Under the pieces are notes generated by a model. That model had not been told where the DNA came from. It searched no databases and worked only from the letters and a program-made list of their open reading frames with translations. Made by a program: the position numbers and the translations under genes. 64,000 nt of DNA from Octopus vulgaris (taxonomy: Eukaryota), in NCBI GenBank assembly GCA_951406725.2, contig OX597816.1, positions 146,134,001 to 146,198,000 of the forward strand, in the 5' to 3' direction. Numbering within the stretch: position 1 is the first letter of the stretch; each line of letters opens with the position of its first letter. This document shows, one piece after another, positions 27,266 through 42,203 of the stretch.

Positions 27266-27499
27266 TATGAGGTCTGTCTGAAAAGGCGTGGAGGCAATCA
27301 AGAGGGCTGTAGCGACGGAGCTGAGAGGCATCCCAGATGAATCCTTCCAGCAATGCATAAAAGCGTGACAGAGAAGGATGGGAAAGTGCATTAGACTAGA
27401 GTGGAATTACTTTGAAGGTGAAAGGACGAAGATTGTAGTTTTAAACTGAAATAAACTGTTTCTGATACCAATGCTGTTACTTGTCAGACAGACTTCATA
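27266..27499 (+). mobile_element. Internally deleted mariner (MITE-like) with both TIRs and TA flanks
   Basis: TATGAGGTCTGTCTGAAAAG ... CTTGTCAGACAGACTTCATA. Retains the transposase C-term VEAIKRAVATELRGIPDESFQQCIKA*QRRMGKCIRLEWNYFEG. Confidence 0.85.
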
Positions 27500-29673
27500 T
27501 ACAGACAGACAGACACACACACATGTATATAAATTACATTTTCAGTTGATTATAATGCCAATTAATGTTAATATACATCCATACATATGGATGTATATAT
27601 CTCCTTTCATTTAGATGTTGAATAATATTTATGTTTTGTAATTTAATAGAAATAAGTGTATGTTGTGTTTTACTCAATGTTTTGCATTGTAAAGGTAATT
27701 AATGTACACATATGATTCTAGTTCTTAGCTTTGGGAATTTCACAAATATTCCCCACACTATTATTTTGTCGCTTTTTCTTGAAAATGAATATATTCTTTA
27801 TATAAAAAGGAAAACTGAATGTCACATTAACGTCACTGGCAAAACTATTCGGCTTTCAGTGAGGTGTCGATATCTAGACAGGTCGTGGATGTGTTTGTGA
27901 AGGGAATATTAGGAAAGAACAAAAAAGTAACTGATTACAAAAATCCATGTTGCCCTACTCGACCTGTTGACACATATCTATCATATAAAATATTATGAAA
28001 GATATATCACCAAAGCGCGATGAGAAATTGGTCTCCTTTACTTGAGCCGGCGACAGAGCATAAAATAATATTAACAACATCAATAAATCATTAAAAGTAG
28101 AACCATAAAGATATTAGAACGAATATGGTGGAAATATTTTGAACGGGTAGTTACTGAAAGGCATCTATAAAACATTTTCGCTGAAGAATACATAAGAAAA
28201 TAACAATTGTTTGTTTTTCTGTCAAATTCCTGTGTAAATATACATACAATATATAATATATGAGACATGCATACATGTATATATATAAATATATATATAT
28301 GTATATATGTATATATATATGTATAGTTATACATACATATATATGCAAATACATGCATATATATATATATACACAAACACACACACACATATATATATTT
28401 ATATATATTATATACATGTATGTAGGTATAGAGATATACACACATATACATATATTTGTGTGTCTGTTTATACATACATGCATACAAAACTATATTGATA
28501 TACATGTGCATATATACATATAAGCACATACATATATATATATATGTGTGTGTGTATGTGTAGGAGTGTGGGGGCACGGCTGTGTATAGAGAGGGGTTTT
28601 GCGTCTGAGAATTTTTGCGATAAAGCTTTTCTAATAAGATTAGTTGTTATTAATTTTCTTGCCGTGTATATTCTATCTTCAATTACATAAATATTCCATA
28701 CACTAAATCGTATACTTCGTAAGAAATCATGTAATTATATTATCCAAACAATGTGATATTAATAAAAAAAAAAGATCCCTTGTGTCATCTGCCAAATATA
28801 TTATTCAAAAGTATTGTTTTTCCGTCAGTTTTATAGAATTACTTAATCACAAGATTTGTTTTGGGATATTATGTATTTTCTCAGATTGCCAGTTCGAAAT
28901 TGCAGATCCTTACTGTTGGTATATATAATATTCTTTCACTCCATTCAGTGAGGAAATAGCAGAAAATAATCGTCATATTCTAACTACTTTGCCACTAAAA
29001 GTATTCAAAACCGACGAATACTTCTGAGTTAAATAGTGAGGACCACGGGATACACTTGCGATCTAAATACAATTCTGATCTAATCTACGAATTACTACAA
29101 TTGCATACACTGCTATGACATCTATAACTTTATATCTCATTAGGAATCCTTTGTCGCTATATAACGTCAAATTTAGTAATTTTAGTAACAATCTATATAT
29201 AACCAAACGTAGAAGTTATGAAATTTCAGTTCAAGATAATGCGAAATATGTGTCATTGCATACTGAAAAGAGTATTCCCGTAGCATTCTTTTCAATACTC
29301 TAGATGACTTTAGGAATATTATTTGGAATACTATTGTACTATTTAGCTTATACTCTAGGTTGTATATACTACTGGTTTAGTCATTTCTCGAAAGACCGAC
29401 GATCAGAAATAGGTCAAATTTCTTCCTCTAGCGTACATCATACTTTAAATCATCCGACTTTGACCTCAGTGTCATGTTCAACGCTTTCAAATTTTTATTT
29501 CACTTGAAAACACTGTTGGCAAATATGGTAAAGTTCGATATGACAGTCAGTATCATCTCTCTTCATATGTCAGTCAGTATCATCCCAACCATATACGAAA
29601 ACCTGTCTCAAGATACCACGTCAAGTATCATACTACACGTAAGCAAATTTATGATATTTCCCCCAGATTGTGG

Positions 29674-29707
<34 letters not shown>

Positions 29708-30343
29708 TAATGTCAGTGTCTATTCCTGTATGTAGACATAAGTAGGTGTGTCCCTGCTACGAGCTGATAGATATAAATACCTAATGAGACACTGAACAAA
29801 TCGAGATTGTTTTGAGCTGAAGAGAATTTATAAATTAACTTTGTCGCATCGAATTTAGTCACGGCAAACCGGTATTACACATAATAAAATATCTGAATGC
29901 ATGAACAATGATTTTGAAAATTATCAATGAAGTTTACTGATAAATTTCTTTAAAGCGTATGCCATGAGCTGGTTAAATATACTCCTTAAAGTACATGTTG
30001 ACAAGGTTAAGCAGTAAATTTCTTAAGATATCTGTCGTCTAGAAAGTTGAATGCTTTTAAAAGAACCTGTTTTTAAACACACTATATTTAGTCGAAATAT
30101 ATAACAGTGTAGTGATTATAGATGAGTCAAAGACGATCGAGTGCTGTCTGCACGAGATTTAATTTGGTCTCCTTTCATCAAATAATATACAGTTACATAC
30201 ATATATAAATACACAGAAACACACATCACATAACACACATACACATATACACCTATATATGTATGCACTTATGTCTATGTATGCATATAGATATGTATAT
30301 ATTTGTATATATATATATATATATATGTATGTATGAATGTATG

Positions 30344-30385
<42 letters not shown>

Positions 30386-30393
30386 AATGTATG

Positions 30394-30449
<56 letters not shown>

Positions 30450-31835
30450 AAAGACAGAGTGAGATGGAGATAAATCGATACATACACACATATATATGAA
30501 TGTGTGTGTGCGCAAACATGCACTTAATAATACGAACTACTGTTATATAATGAAATTCATTCGAATTTCTTTTACTAAATTATATCAGAACGCCTGAATA
30601 ATGACAGCAAGACATCATTTCTTGAATTTTAATGCAGAGTCACAATCTGTTCATGCCAGAACCATTGAACTACATTGTTCATTTCTTCTATATTTAGCTG
30701 AAATTGAGATAAAGACACTTGCAGATGCTGACCATTATAATTTCTATCATTGGGTATGAATTTCATAACTGCACCAGGGTGTAATTAGACATATGAATAG
30801 ACAGGTTGGCGTAGATGCATCACCGCACAATGCCTGCCAGTTTTTGTTGTTGTTGTAGTGAATGCAGATTCCGCTATATATCTAAAGAAAACAATGCACA
30901 GTAACTTAATTATTTTCAACGCAATAGAGGTGATAGAACTTCGCCAAATAACTGAAATGAAACCCCGGCTTGCCGTAAACGTAATTTTGCTTTTCGACAT
31001 TTGTCATTGACATTGGATGTCTAATATTGATTTCTATTAAAATAACAATTTGTCTAAAATGACACTTTAAGACATATAAATGGAAAATACAAGCAAAGCG
31101 AGTTTCACCATACACTCCTATTATGTTTTACATTTCCTGTTACTGCAATGTCTATGAAATTGTACATGTATTAAATAGATAGCAATGATATTAATAGTAA
31201 ATGTGGTGGCACTGGAGAAATAGGTAGAAATAAGCCTCCGTGCATTTGGTATTTAGCCAGGCCCCTTTCTTTCTTGAGGTCATATCTTGTCGACATATCT
31301 ATTTATCTTCCCAAGATGGATATTTTTTTCACTTTATTACATTGTAAAATGCAGAGTAAGTATTTCCGCTGGGGTTATAACTTTCTCTATTTTTCTTAAA
31401 TTCATCTTAATCATATTGTTTTCTCATATATCGATTTACTTTACTTCGTAAAATGTTGACAGGTGTAAATTTATTCTGCTTTTCCGTCGCTGTCCTACGA
31501 CTCAAATCCATATATCTAATTACGATATAGTGATATAGTATTTTCTTCGACACCATTCGTTAATTTTGTGACGTTTAACTATATTTAGACAATACAAGAA
31601 CCTATGGGGAGGACAACTTCCCTTACCAGACACTGCATTAGAATCAGCAGACACTTTTATTTTCAGTTTTTGTCTTATGTTTAGAATTTTGTTATGAAAT
31701 ACGTATCGTCTCTGACGACGGACAAATATTTGTTAAAAACAGACCTAACATCTACGGCTTTAAAGTAGATTCATTGTTAAATAAATGAACTATAGTATTT
31801 CATACCAAAAGTTAGCCTGTTGTAAACGTAGCAGT

Positions 31836-31905
<70 letters not shown>

Positions 31906-31971
31906 ACCGCGTGTGTACCGTTGACGATTTTTTTCTCTGTCTTCCCTTCTCTGGATCTTTCCTTCTCCTAT

Positions 31972-32006
31972 GTTTCCGACGAAGTGCTCTGCTCGAAACG
32001 TTAAAC
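31972..32006 (+). ncRNA. Minimal type-I hammerhead ribozyme motif (U4C core) in a PLE 3' end
   Basis: GTTT CCGACGA AGTGCTCTGCTC GAAAC GTT AAAC; stem I is GUUU/AAAC. The flanks (~31930-32085) are homologous to the PLE end at ~44930-45110. Confidence 0.65.
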
Positions 32007-32119
32007 CCTCCTTCTTTCCTTCTTTCCTGAGCGTCCAATAATATTATATTTGTTCCACGTCCTCGCGTTGTTGTGTTTTTTTTTTGTGCTTTCTTGTACA
32101 GGACGGACTTCTTTTATTT

Positions 32120-32262
32120 TGTGTCTAACAAATCCACTCCCAGGGATTTGCTCGACCGGATCCTATAGTAAAAGGTATTTACCGAAGGTGCCACGCAGTG
32201 ACACTCAGCCTGGAACCATGTGGTTAGGCAGGGAGGTTTTTACCACACCGCCAAACCTACGA
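32120..32262 (-). mobile_element. SINE family B 5' fragment
   Basis: Reverse complement matches the head of 5647-5790 (AAATCCACTC...CTATAGTA...GTGCCACGCAGT...GAACCATGTGGTT). Confidence 0.7.
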
Positions 32263-32808
32263 CTATATTATAATCTCTAACGTTATTTCATTATTACTTC
32301 TTTGTGTATTGTTATTCTTCCGTTTCATTTTCTAATTTTATTCGAACATTCTACCATTGTCCTTCAACTGCAAATGCAACATCTTTGACGATGTAAATCG
32401 ATCAAAGCTGACTCTAGTAAGAATTTTTTAAATATTATAATTGAAAATATCAGGGAATTTTTACTACTTTTATTCTTTGTTCATCCGTTTTCGCTCAAAG
32501 CGTGATAACATGTCTTTCCGGTTAAATACAGGATCTAAATCTTGAGCTTCGGTATTACACGCAATGAAATCAAATTCCTTGATTAAGGACAGCAATGAAT
32601 GGAGAATCATTGCATCCGAATGCATTTTTGATTTTTATTGAATCACTTCTGTTTGTCAAAGGGTAGCGATTGTGAGAAAATCTTTTCAAAAAGCTTCTTC
32701 TTCTTCTTCTTCTTCTTCTTCTTCTTCTTCTTCTTTCTTCTTCTTCTTCTTCTTCACTTCCCTTTCCGTTCCTCCTCCTACTTCATCATCATCTTCATCA
32801 TCATTATC

Positions 32809-32888
<80 letters not shown>

Positions 32889-32890
<2 letters not shown>

Positions 32891-33237
32891 TAGCTAAAGG
32901 TGACCCGCTCTACGCGCAGGTAAGAGTGTGGTTGTTACTTTCTGTTGCTTCCTTTCAGCACGTAAAAAGCACCATCCGAACGTGGCCGATTGCAGCGCCG
33001 CTTTGACTGGCTTCTGTGCCGGTGGCACGTAAAAAGCACCAACCGATCGTGACCGCTGCCAGCACCCCTGGCACCTGTGCCGGCGGCACGAAAATAGCAC
33101 CCACTACACTCACAGAGTCGCTTGCGTTAGGAAGGTCATCCACCTGTAGATGAGACTGGAGCCTGGTGCAGCCCCTGGCTTCCCAGACCCCGGTCAAACT
33201 GTCCAACCCGTCCTAGCACGGAAAACGTACGTTAAAC

Positions 33238-33282
<45 letters not shown>

Positions 33283-34094
33283 AATGATGATTCTCCCTCT
33301 TTGTTTCTCTCTCCTTTCTAACTTTCCCACTCTGTTACTCTTCCTTTCTCTCGGACTCTCCCTCGCTTTATCTATCTCTCTCCCATTTATAAACAACAAA
33401 AGATCTTGAGTAAGTTGAGAAATAAAATATTTAGAAAGATCAATCATAAATATCAGGCAGTAACAACGGAAAGGTCTGCTTCGAGGCAGACAGCAAAACA
33501 GTAACGTTTAAAAGGGATAGACGAACTTGCGAGCTGAATAAAAATAATAAAATATTGGAAACCAAAGTTTGAAGGGATAGAATGTGAGGATAGTAGAGTC
33601 ACCATGGCTAGCATTTCTTAACGACGGACAGCAACGTATTGACAGTTTAACGGCTGGCGTAAAATTTGGAACTTGATGTAAAAGAAAATCCCTAAACACC
33701 AAGTTTTGAAGTTATTCTTTCTCACGACAGTAGACTCACCATGGCAAGCATTCAAAACTTCTTCATCATGGACGGCAACACATTGACGATTAAAAGGCTG
33801 GCGCAAATTTTTTAGTTTGATGTAACAGAGAATTCCTAAACACCCACTCCTTTAAATTTTAATCCCCTTCCAGCCCCATTTAGACCCCTTTTCACATTTT
33901 GATTAATATAACCCGATTTCATTCGGTCTACTGGGGCCACATTTTATAAGATGAGGAATTTTGTCCTAGAGGTCACGCGTTTCATTTGAGAAAAAAAATA
34001 GTCGTCATGCAAACTTGCCAGCACTTTTAACATAGGTGTGCATATTTTCAGCTCAACCGACCTCATAATACACACCTTATGTATATATATAGAT
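32889..34094 (+). mobile_element. Non-autonomous Helitron/Helentron-like element with a nested retroposon and internal duplication
   Basis: 5' ACTAGC..GACCCGCTCTACGCGCAGG and 3' TATATATAGAT termini. Diverged direct repeat at ~33589-33700 and ~33726-33845. Confidence 0.45.
32955..33290 (+). mobile_element. SINE/LINE 3' portion with (GAT)n tail
   Basis: Three copies of GCACG(T)AAAA(T)AGCACC; the terminal GTCCAACCCG..AGCACGGAAAACGTACGTTAAAC is followed by (GAT)n. Confidence 0.7.
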
Positions 34095-34841
34095 ATGTAT
34101 ATATGTGTGTGCGTGTGTTGCAGTCTCTCTCATACGTGAACGTTGACGCTGATATCGACTGGTAAGCAGGTAACCTTGTGTTTGTTCAAATAGTTGTGAG
34201 CTGCTGGAGTTATTTCTCTGACGAGTAATAGGAATTTCCATATCCTCCGAGGAAACGAACTGTTGACCCAGACAATTAAAATTAATTTTAATAAAAGCAT
34301 CAATTTAAGAAAAAATAATAAAGTAGTAAGAAATGAAAATTTAGCACGAAAAATTTGCAGGGTTCTAAATAAATCTTAAAATGTAATAGATACAAAAAAG
34401 CTACGTTATCACCGGAACACGAACGCTCGTTGGTGTGTTCTGTTTGTATTTGCTCCATTGGCGCGTTGACAGGCAGATAATAGAATGCGATGGCGAGATT
34501 CATAATATTTGTTCTCATGATGTGTGGTATTGGTGGCGATGATAATTCTCCCTATGAATGCAGACAGCGAGATATAGAAGACCGTTTGAGGAAGGGAAAG
34601 TGATGGGAAGGTAGGAAATAGAGTGAGTGAAAAAGTGCGAGGAAGACAGATACATTAAAGAATGGGAGTGGACTTGTCAAAGTGGGTTTTTGGCCCTAGC
34701 AACGACACCTTTTAAGATTGGGATTTCTAACGTAGCCCACGGGCATCGTCATCTCATTTTACATGTCTTTGTAAACTTTGGAGTCAATCCGACGGGATGT
34801 AGTGGCCTTGAAAGCGATCCAAGCGGTCGAAATGCATTTCA

Positions 34842-34889
<48 letters not shown>

Positions 34890-35231
34890 GAATTCACAAA
34901 GAAAACAAAAGACGAAGAGAGGTTGTGTAGACAACAAACAGATGTATTAGTTTAATGTTCGGGAAGTGAAAAATTCTTTAGTGTTTGAAACCTACGCAGG
35001 AACACAGAAAGAAACAAGGAAAGAAAATAAAGAACGTGTAGATACTAGCGATCTATCATGGCGAATGCTGGACAGGGGGTCACACAGGAGAGCTAGGAAG
35101 ACGGGGAGATAATAAAGTAGTGGTGATCCCAAAATGAAGGTGCGTAGAATAAGAGAACATGTATGTGCGTGTGGAAGAGGGTTGGAGACTTTGACCTGTG
35201 CGTGAGCGTATGTATAGGTGTGTATATTTGC

Positions 35232-35298
<67 letters not shown>

Positions 35299-37185
35299 GC
35301 AATATATATTGACATAAGTCTCCCTGTAGATTTTTGCGTGTGCTTTCGAATGGTCGAGGTCGTCAGACTTCCTATTTAGCAAATATCTCCAAGAAGACAA
35401 TGGGGAGTGCTTGTCCATTGTGGAAGTTACATGAACGACAAACCTTGATCGAAAATGCAACAATGTCACTTCGAAGCCAAAATTATAAATATGTAGGTAA
35501 GTTTCCTGTGCTTAGTTTATGTTTATGTAGAAATAGGTAGTTTATTGACGATCGTTAACTTATTTTGGAGATGCTTTTCTTTAAATTTCTATCAGGTATT
35601 AACACTGATGCACATGAGATTACATATATTCACTTGTATTTGCATGCACCTGAATTCAGCTTCAACATTATACACACAGACACAAGAAGATAGACACACA
35701 CGCACACACACACATACATACACACACACGCACACGCACACACAGAGTCTAAATAATGAAAGATTTTTACAGCAATTGTTACCTGCAAAATCATCATTTT
35801 ATATTTCCAGTAACAAAATATCGACTAAATGAGGAAGAGATACAACACAATAAATGAGCAGCTGCTTATAGGAGAAAGATAAGGGTAACTGTAATCTGTG
35901 TCAACTAACTGTAATCTGCGAAAACTAAAGATGATCTGTGTTAAAAAGAAAACATCTACTTCTTCAAAATAGTAACATGCAATGAGTAGAATTCTTACAT
36001 TTTGTGGAATTGTACTCCTTATTTGAGATAAGAGTTATGCACAATTTCTACGTATATCAGAGATTCTGATTTCCATTAATCCAGTCGTTCTTCTGGATTC
36101 TTTCAACGTGAAACCACTGTAATAATTTACCAATGAGTAAGACTTAAAGATAGTAAAAGGTTACATACGTACACACACAGACACGTGCACACACACACAC
36201 ACACAGCCAGACAAAAATACAATCACACAGATACACGCTTATACACAAATAAGCATATTCAAATACTTATACAAGCATGTATGTGTATACCCATAGGCAC
36301 ACATATATAATTGCATTAATATGAGCTTGGGGGATTTCATTAATGATGCATTTAGCGATACAAATTTTGTTTCATTTTTAGTAATCTTCAGAGATTAGAG
36401 AATTCGTTTGAAGCAAATGATCTTATAGAATGAGAACTATTAATGATGTCATATATGGAAAAACAAATTTAAAAAAACAACAAAAACAAATATACATTGG
36501 AAATCATATTTACATGGAGACTAAAAAGTATATTCGTCTTCCGTATTTCTGAAGATTGCCAGGTTCTCAGCTTTATATTTTGAGAGACCTGGGGTGTCTT
36601 AGTTCAATTTTTTAATGAAATAATCGGTTACAATAGGAGGTAAGAACCAGATTCTTGTTCACCATGTGCCCCTCCTCTCCTTAGCTTCTCTATTCATATC
36701 ACCTTCAAACTATTGTACTCCACACTGAGTGATCCTGAAGGAAATGTTCCTAAGTAAACCACTCTAGGATATCCTTTTTTAAAGTCGTCTTTAGCGTTCC
36801 TTTTTATATCTTCTTCGGTCCTTCACGTGGCCGAAAACAACTGCTAGTTCATCGAGGAACATATTGTCAATGAATATGATGACTCTGTCCGTTATTGGAG
36901 CTGCGTTCTTTTTGTTTCAACGTCTATTGGCAAGGTTAAAAAAGCAACGTAAATCTTAGAAGAAAAATTATAGATAATAAATGAACGGAAATTGGATTAG
37001 TGAGGGTGTTAGATAATAAGGCAAGTCAATATAACGCTCCAAAGATTCAGTATATATGTATATGTATGTGTGTGTGTGTAGAAATATATATATATATTTG
37101 TATATATATGTGTGTGTATACATAAGTATATATCTATCGATCTGTTTATCTATCTGTCTTTCTATCTATCAATCTATCTATCTAA

Positions 37186-37253
<68 letters not shown>

Positions 37254-37419
37254 ATAATATGTGACAATTATTCGGTAGTCATGATAAAAATCTGAGTTTC
37301 GGATGTCGGAGCGGAAACCCACGCCGGCATCTCTTCAGTTATCAGGCCATCGATAAAACTGCTATGAAAATGACCGTTAAACAAAGGGAAATTACTGTGC
37401 GATCAGTTAAAGTTCAGAA

Positions 37420-37675
37420 AAAAAGTGAAAAAAAGTGAATATTTGTGAGGAAATAATGCAGAACTTACAGCTCTTATACCCTGACTATAAATTCTCACGT
37501 GTACCTATCATCACAGCTTCAGCACTTTATGTACCAACAACTTCACATGCAAAACATAGACATACTCGGTTTCACGGAGAAAGAGCAACAGAAAATGATG
37601 CGGTTTCTCCAAAACCAATCGATTAGTAGCACAGTGTAGATTTGTAAGGCATTCGAAACATCTCCATCTGAGATA
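37420..37675 (+). mobile_element. REL-type non-LTR retrotransposon C-terminal fragment
   Basis: MQNLQLLYPDYKFSRVPII...LGFTEKEQQKMMRFLQNQSISSTV*ICKAF resembles the end of R4-like REL domains. Confidence 0.6.
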
Positions 37676-37861
37676 CCTATGTGATTATAAGCACACGTCG
37701 GTGTATGCCTCGACAGTTCAAGCAACACACCAATTCACCAACATAGTTAGAAACACTGGGAACTCTCTAAAAGTTTACTCACTTTGCAACCTTCTTGAAA
37801 TATCTTAAGAAGAATTTAAATACGCCGCAAAGAAAAATGATAAATACATACATTTCTTATA

Positions 37862-38584
<723 letters not shown>

Positions 38585-38719
38585 CGTGTGTGTGCGTGCG
38601 TGGGTGTGTGTGCGTGGGTGTGTGTGTATGTATATGCATATATGCGTATTGGTTGAAGTATATAAATAAGTATGCAAATCTATATAATAGTGTATATACA
38701 CATGTATATATCAACATAC

Positions 38720-39485
38720 ACTTCCCTCAGCCCCCTCACTGTCACTTTAGCCAGTACAATAAGCACCATCTATTTTTAGAAATTTGACCACTATAGCTTA
38801 TTATACTTCCCTTCTTTTTCTGAGGTTTAAAATTCACTTAAGTAACCCACTGTACTCATCCCTCAATCTCAGTGCCTTTCAAACATATCATCCTACCTCC
38901 CACTCTTTACACATATTCATTCCTTACATTCTTATTTCTACCACGCCCTCTCCTACTCCTCTCTCAAACCCTTCATAATATCTTGCCCACCAAATAACAC
39001 TCCTTTTTTTCCTTATCTTTTCTCTCCTCTCTTTCTACTTAATACTACTACTACGTTCTCAAGATTTCAATCACACAAGATCCTTTGAAGGAGCAGCACA
39101 TAGAATCTACATCTCCACATTTTCCACTTGTTATGAAAAAAAATAATTCCTATCGGAATTTACATACCATGAACAAGAAGCATTTCTTCCACTTCTACAC
39201 ACCACTTTCCTTGGATAATGGAACAACAACTATAATATCCTACGTATATTTATATATCTAAAAAAATTTTTACTTTTATTCTCTAATTTCCTTTTATAAT
39301 TCTTATTTCCATTCTTTTCCAAAATAACTCCTTATACTAAACTCTACTATTTCCCTCTATTTAACTATCTCGCATCGTCTCTGATGAAGAGATATCCCTA
39401 ATATAACAGAAACTAACTTTTTCTTTATAAATGTCCTGAAAATTTCACACAGCCTCGGCTTTGTTGTTTCATTTTATTTAACATA
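38720..39485 (+). mobile_element. Probable PLE 3' UTR/end with a degenerate hammerhead
   Basis: Pyrimidine-rich tract, then CTGATGA (39381-39387) ... GAAAC (39409-39413), then a T-rich terminus. Confidence 0.45.
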
Positions 39486-40904
39486 TACATGCACATACAA
39501 GACCCGCATTAGACTTATCACTCGTATTATTATCGAACTGAGAGTTTAACTACGGCTCTTCCATATAATCTTTCATAGCCTTAGCTGCCACCTGTCTCCT
39601 ATTTCTGAAGAAGAGCTTTCTAGCTTTCTTTCCTTCCCTGAGTGTCCGTTAATGCTTTGCATATACTACATACTTGCGTAGTTGTACTTTTTTCGTACAG
39701 AGCTAGTTTGGCTGAACTACAGAGCTACCTATTGTGCAGAATGACTAGAAAAGAATAGAATAAAATAGAGAAATAAAAAGAGAAATGGGTGAAAAAATAT
39801 GTAAAGGGCTACTGAAATAAAGGCAGCGGAAACATCAAAGCATTTCTCAATTTTAAAGTCCTTTGCTGAGTGAGTGATTGAAGATACCATAGAGACACAG
39901 ATGTTTAGCTGAATGAATGAATTGTAGGGTTCCATGCATTTTCCTTGTACCAAATTCTCCTCACATCTTATGCTTTAACAATTGAAGTACTGCAGTGAGC
40001 AGTCAAACGTAGAACAACTTCATCTCGCTTTCTTTATTTTAGACATGAAATCAACGCTGAGAATGTTACTAAATGGTCTTATTAATAAATTTAAATATAT
40101 ACGGTGCATTCCGCTATTTGATGGCTTTATATATATGTTGTTCACCAAACACCAAGTGATCAGAAGAATATGCTCATTAAAGTTGCCACGCACAAATGTA
40201 CGACATATACAATCAAATATGCTCTCTGAATAATGAATAATTTTGGATGAAGTTGTTACCTGTAGTCATATACATGAATATATTTATTTAATGGACAAGA
40301 CTTGAGATTGAGAAAAAGCTATAAACAACATATGCGACGAGATGCTTACATGTGCAATCAGGTTATGAATAATTTTATACTATCCAGAACATTTTATAAA
40401 TACAAAAGAAAAAAAAATGCATATTTCACTATAAATATATATTTGTATATAACTAAAAGTAAAAAAGAAAATACACTCTCAGTTAACGATATTTTCGGTT
40501 GAAGAAACTGGTATTATGAATTCTGTTCACGTTCAGTAATTATTAAATAAGATCGTGTTTTATTCGTAAAGAACAGATTTTAATAATTTGGACACTATCT
40601 ACCTCCGTGATGAAACAAGTTAGTACGTTGGTTCATGAGGTGACGTCTGACTTTTGGTGAAGCACTTACCATATTTCCTATTCTTTTGGGAATATCAGCG
40701 AATTATTTACGTACTCTCGAGCTCGATTAAAATTCCTTAAATATCTATCACCAACTAAATAATATTCTTGGAAATTGTTTTAACAATTGCTGTACTATAC
40801 CAGAGAGTAAGCATATAAAATATATATATACGTGTGTTGGTATGTATGCATACATACGTGTATAAACTTAAATATATATATACATATATATCTTAGAGGG
40901 AAAA

Positions 40905-41622
40905 TCAAAACCAAAGCAGAACGAATATATCAAGTCATTTAGAATAATTTAATTAGGTAGGGATAACCCAACTGGCAGGTTAAAATGTCAGTGCACTGGG
41001 TATGCCGTCATCAAAGACAAAGTGTGGATATTTTAGACGGGGAAAATTTACAGTTAACAAGGAATAAAATTCGCAGTTTATAAGAAATATAATAGAAGAA
41101 TAAAGGAGAAAAATAGAGGAATAAAGAGTAAAATTAGTCAGAACAATATAGGCAGGAGAATAAAGTTCAAAACTTATCTTTTTCCAGAGCATACAGATGT
41201 TGGTCGGACTTCCATTAAGGTACAAGTTTTCAGTTAAAATCCAAGGCAAATCCAGGCAGTGTTTCGGCAGTATTCATATTATAAATGTGTATATAGAGCG
41301 AGAAAGTATGATGGGCATAAATGGGTTTTGTGAGTGGGTGTATGAAAATGATTAGAAAATAAGGCAGTTGTAAAAGGCTAAAAAATAAAAATAAAATAAA
41401 AACATAAATAAGAATATAATAATTAAAATAAAAAAATAAAAGGTAATGACAGATATTCATACCTAAAATATTCATACCTTGTACCTGATAACGGATTACC
41501 CAGTGCACTGATATGGTAACCCACCACTTGGGTTGTCCCAGAAATGGGTGTAAGTCTTCAAATTCACCTTACCTTAATTACATTATTCTAAATAACTTCA
41601 GATGCTCGTTCTGCTTTGTTTT
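40905..41622. mobile_element. Inverted pair of PLE-like ends, each with a hammerhead remnant
   Basis: 40905-41014 read on the minus strand matches 41485-41622 on the plus strand: TGAT.ACGG..TACCCAGTGCACTGA...TTGGGTT.TCC and ATTATTCTAAAT.ACTT...CGTTCTGCTTTG. Confidence 0.7.
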
Positions 41623-42010
41623 TAAAAATTTTCCTCTAATTCAATGTATATGTGTTATAAAGGTATTAGGCAAGAAAATGACTACATGCCAAATGTAAAT
41701 CTTTCGATACATCTATCTATAGATGTGTACACGTGAATGGATATATATGAATACACACATACACATATATACACACACAAACACACATTTATACATACGT
41801 ATATATATATATTAAGTAGGTGAATGAATTATCCTATGTTTATCGTCAGCATGGAAAATTCGTTTAACCGAAACCTGGGTAGCAAATTCACGTCAGAAAC
41901 ACGGTTGAACAACCTGTCAAGGATAGAAACTCCGGGTTCATGTGCAGAAATTTGTGTGTTGTATATGAATAAATGAAAGAATGGAGTCGAAAGAAGATAT
42001 TAACAAAATT

Positions 42011-42102
42011 CCTTTACTCTCGACATATGTTTCGAAGACAGCATGTTTTCATTCCAAAGGAATAAAGGGTGCATTATGCAATCTTCTCATCAGGAAAGAA
42101 AG
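42011..42102 (-). ncRNA. Type-I hammerhead ribozyme, opposite-strand twin
   Basis: Minus strand: CTTTCTTTC CTGATGA GAAGA TTGCAT...ATGCTG TCTTC GAAAC ATAT GTC GAGAGTAAAGG. Confidence 0.75.
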
Positions 42103-42111
42103 AGAGGTTCC

Positions 42112-42203
42112 CTTTCTTTCCTGATGAGAATATTGCATAATGCACCATTTATTCCTTTGGAATGAAAATATACTCTCTTCGAAACATATGTCGAGAGTAA
42201 AGG
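42112..42203 (+). ncRNA. Type-I hammerhead ribozyme, canonical core
   Basis: Stem I CTTTCTTTC/GAGAG(T)AAAG, CTGATGA at 42121, stem II GAA..TTC, GAAA at 42181, palindromic stem III ACATATGT, cleavage triplet GTC at 42190-42192. Confidence 0.75.
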
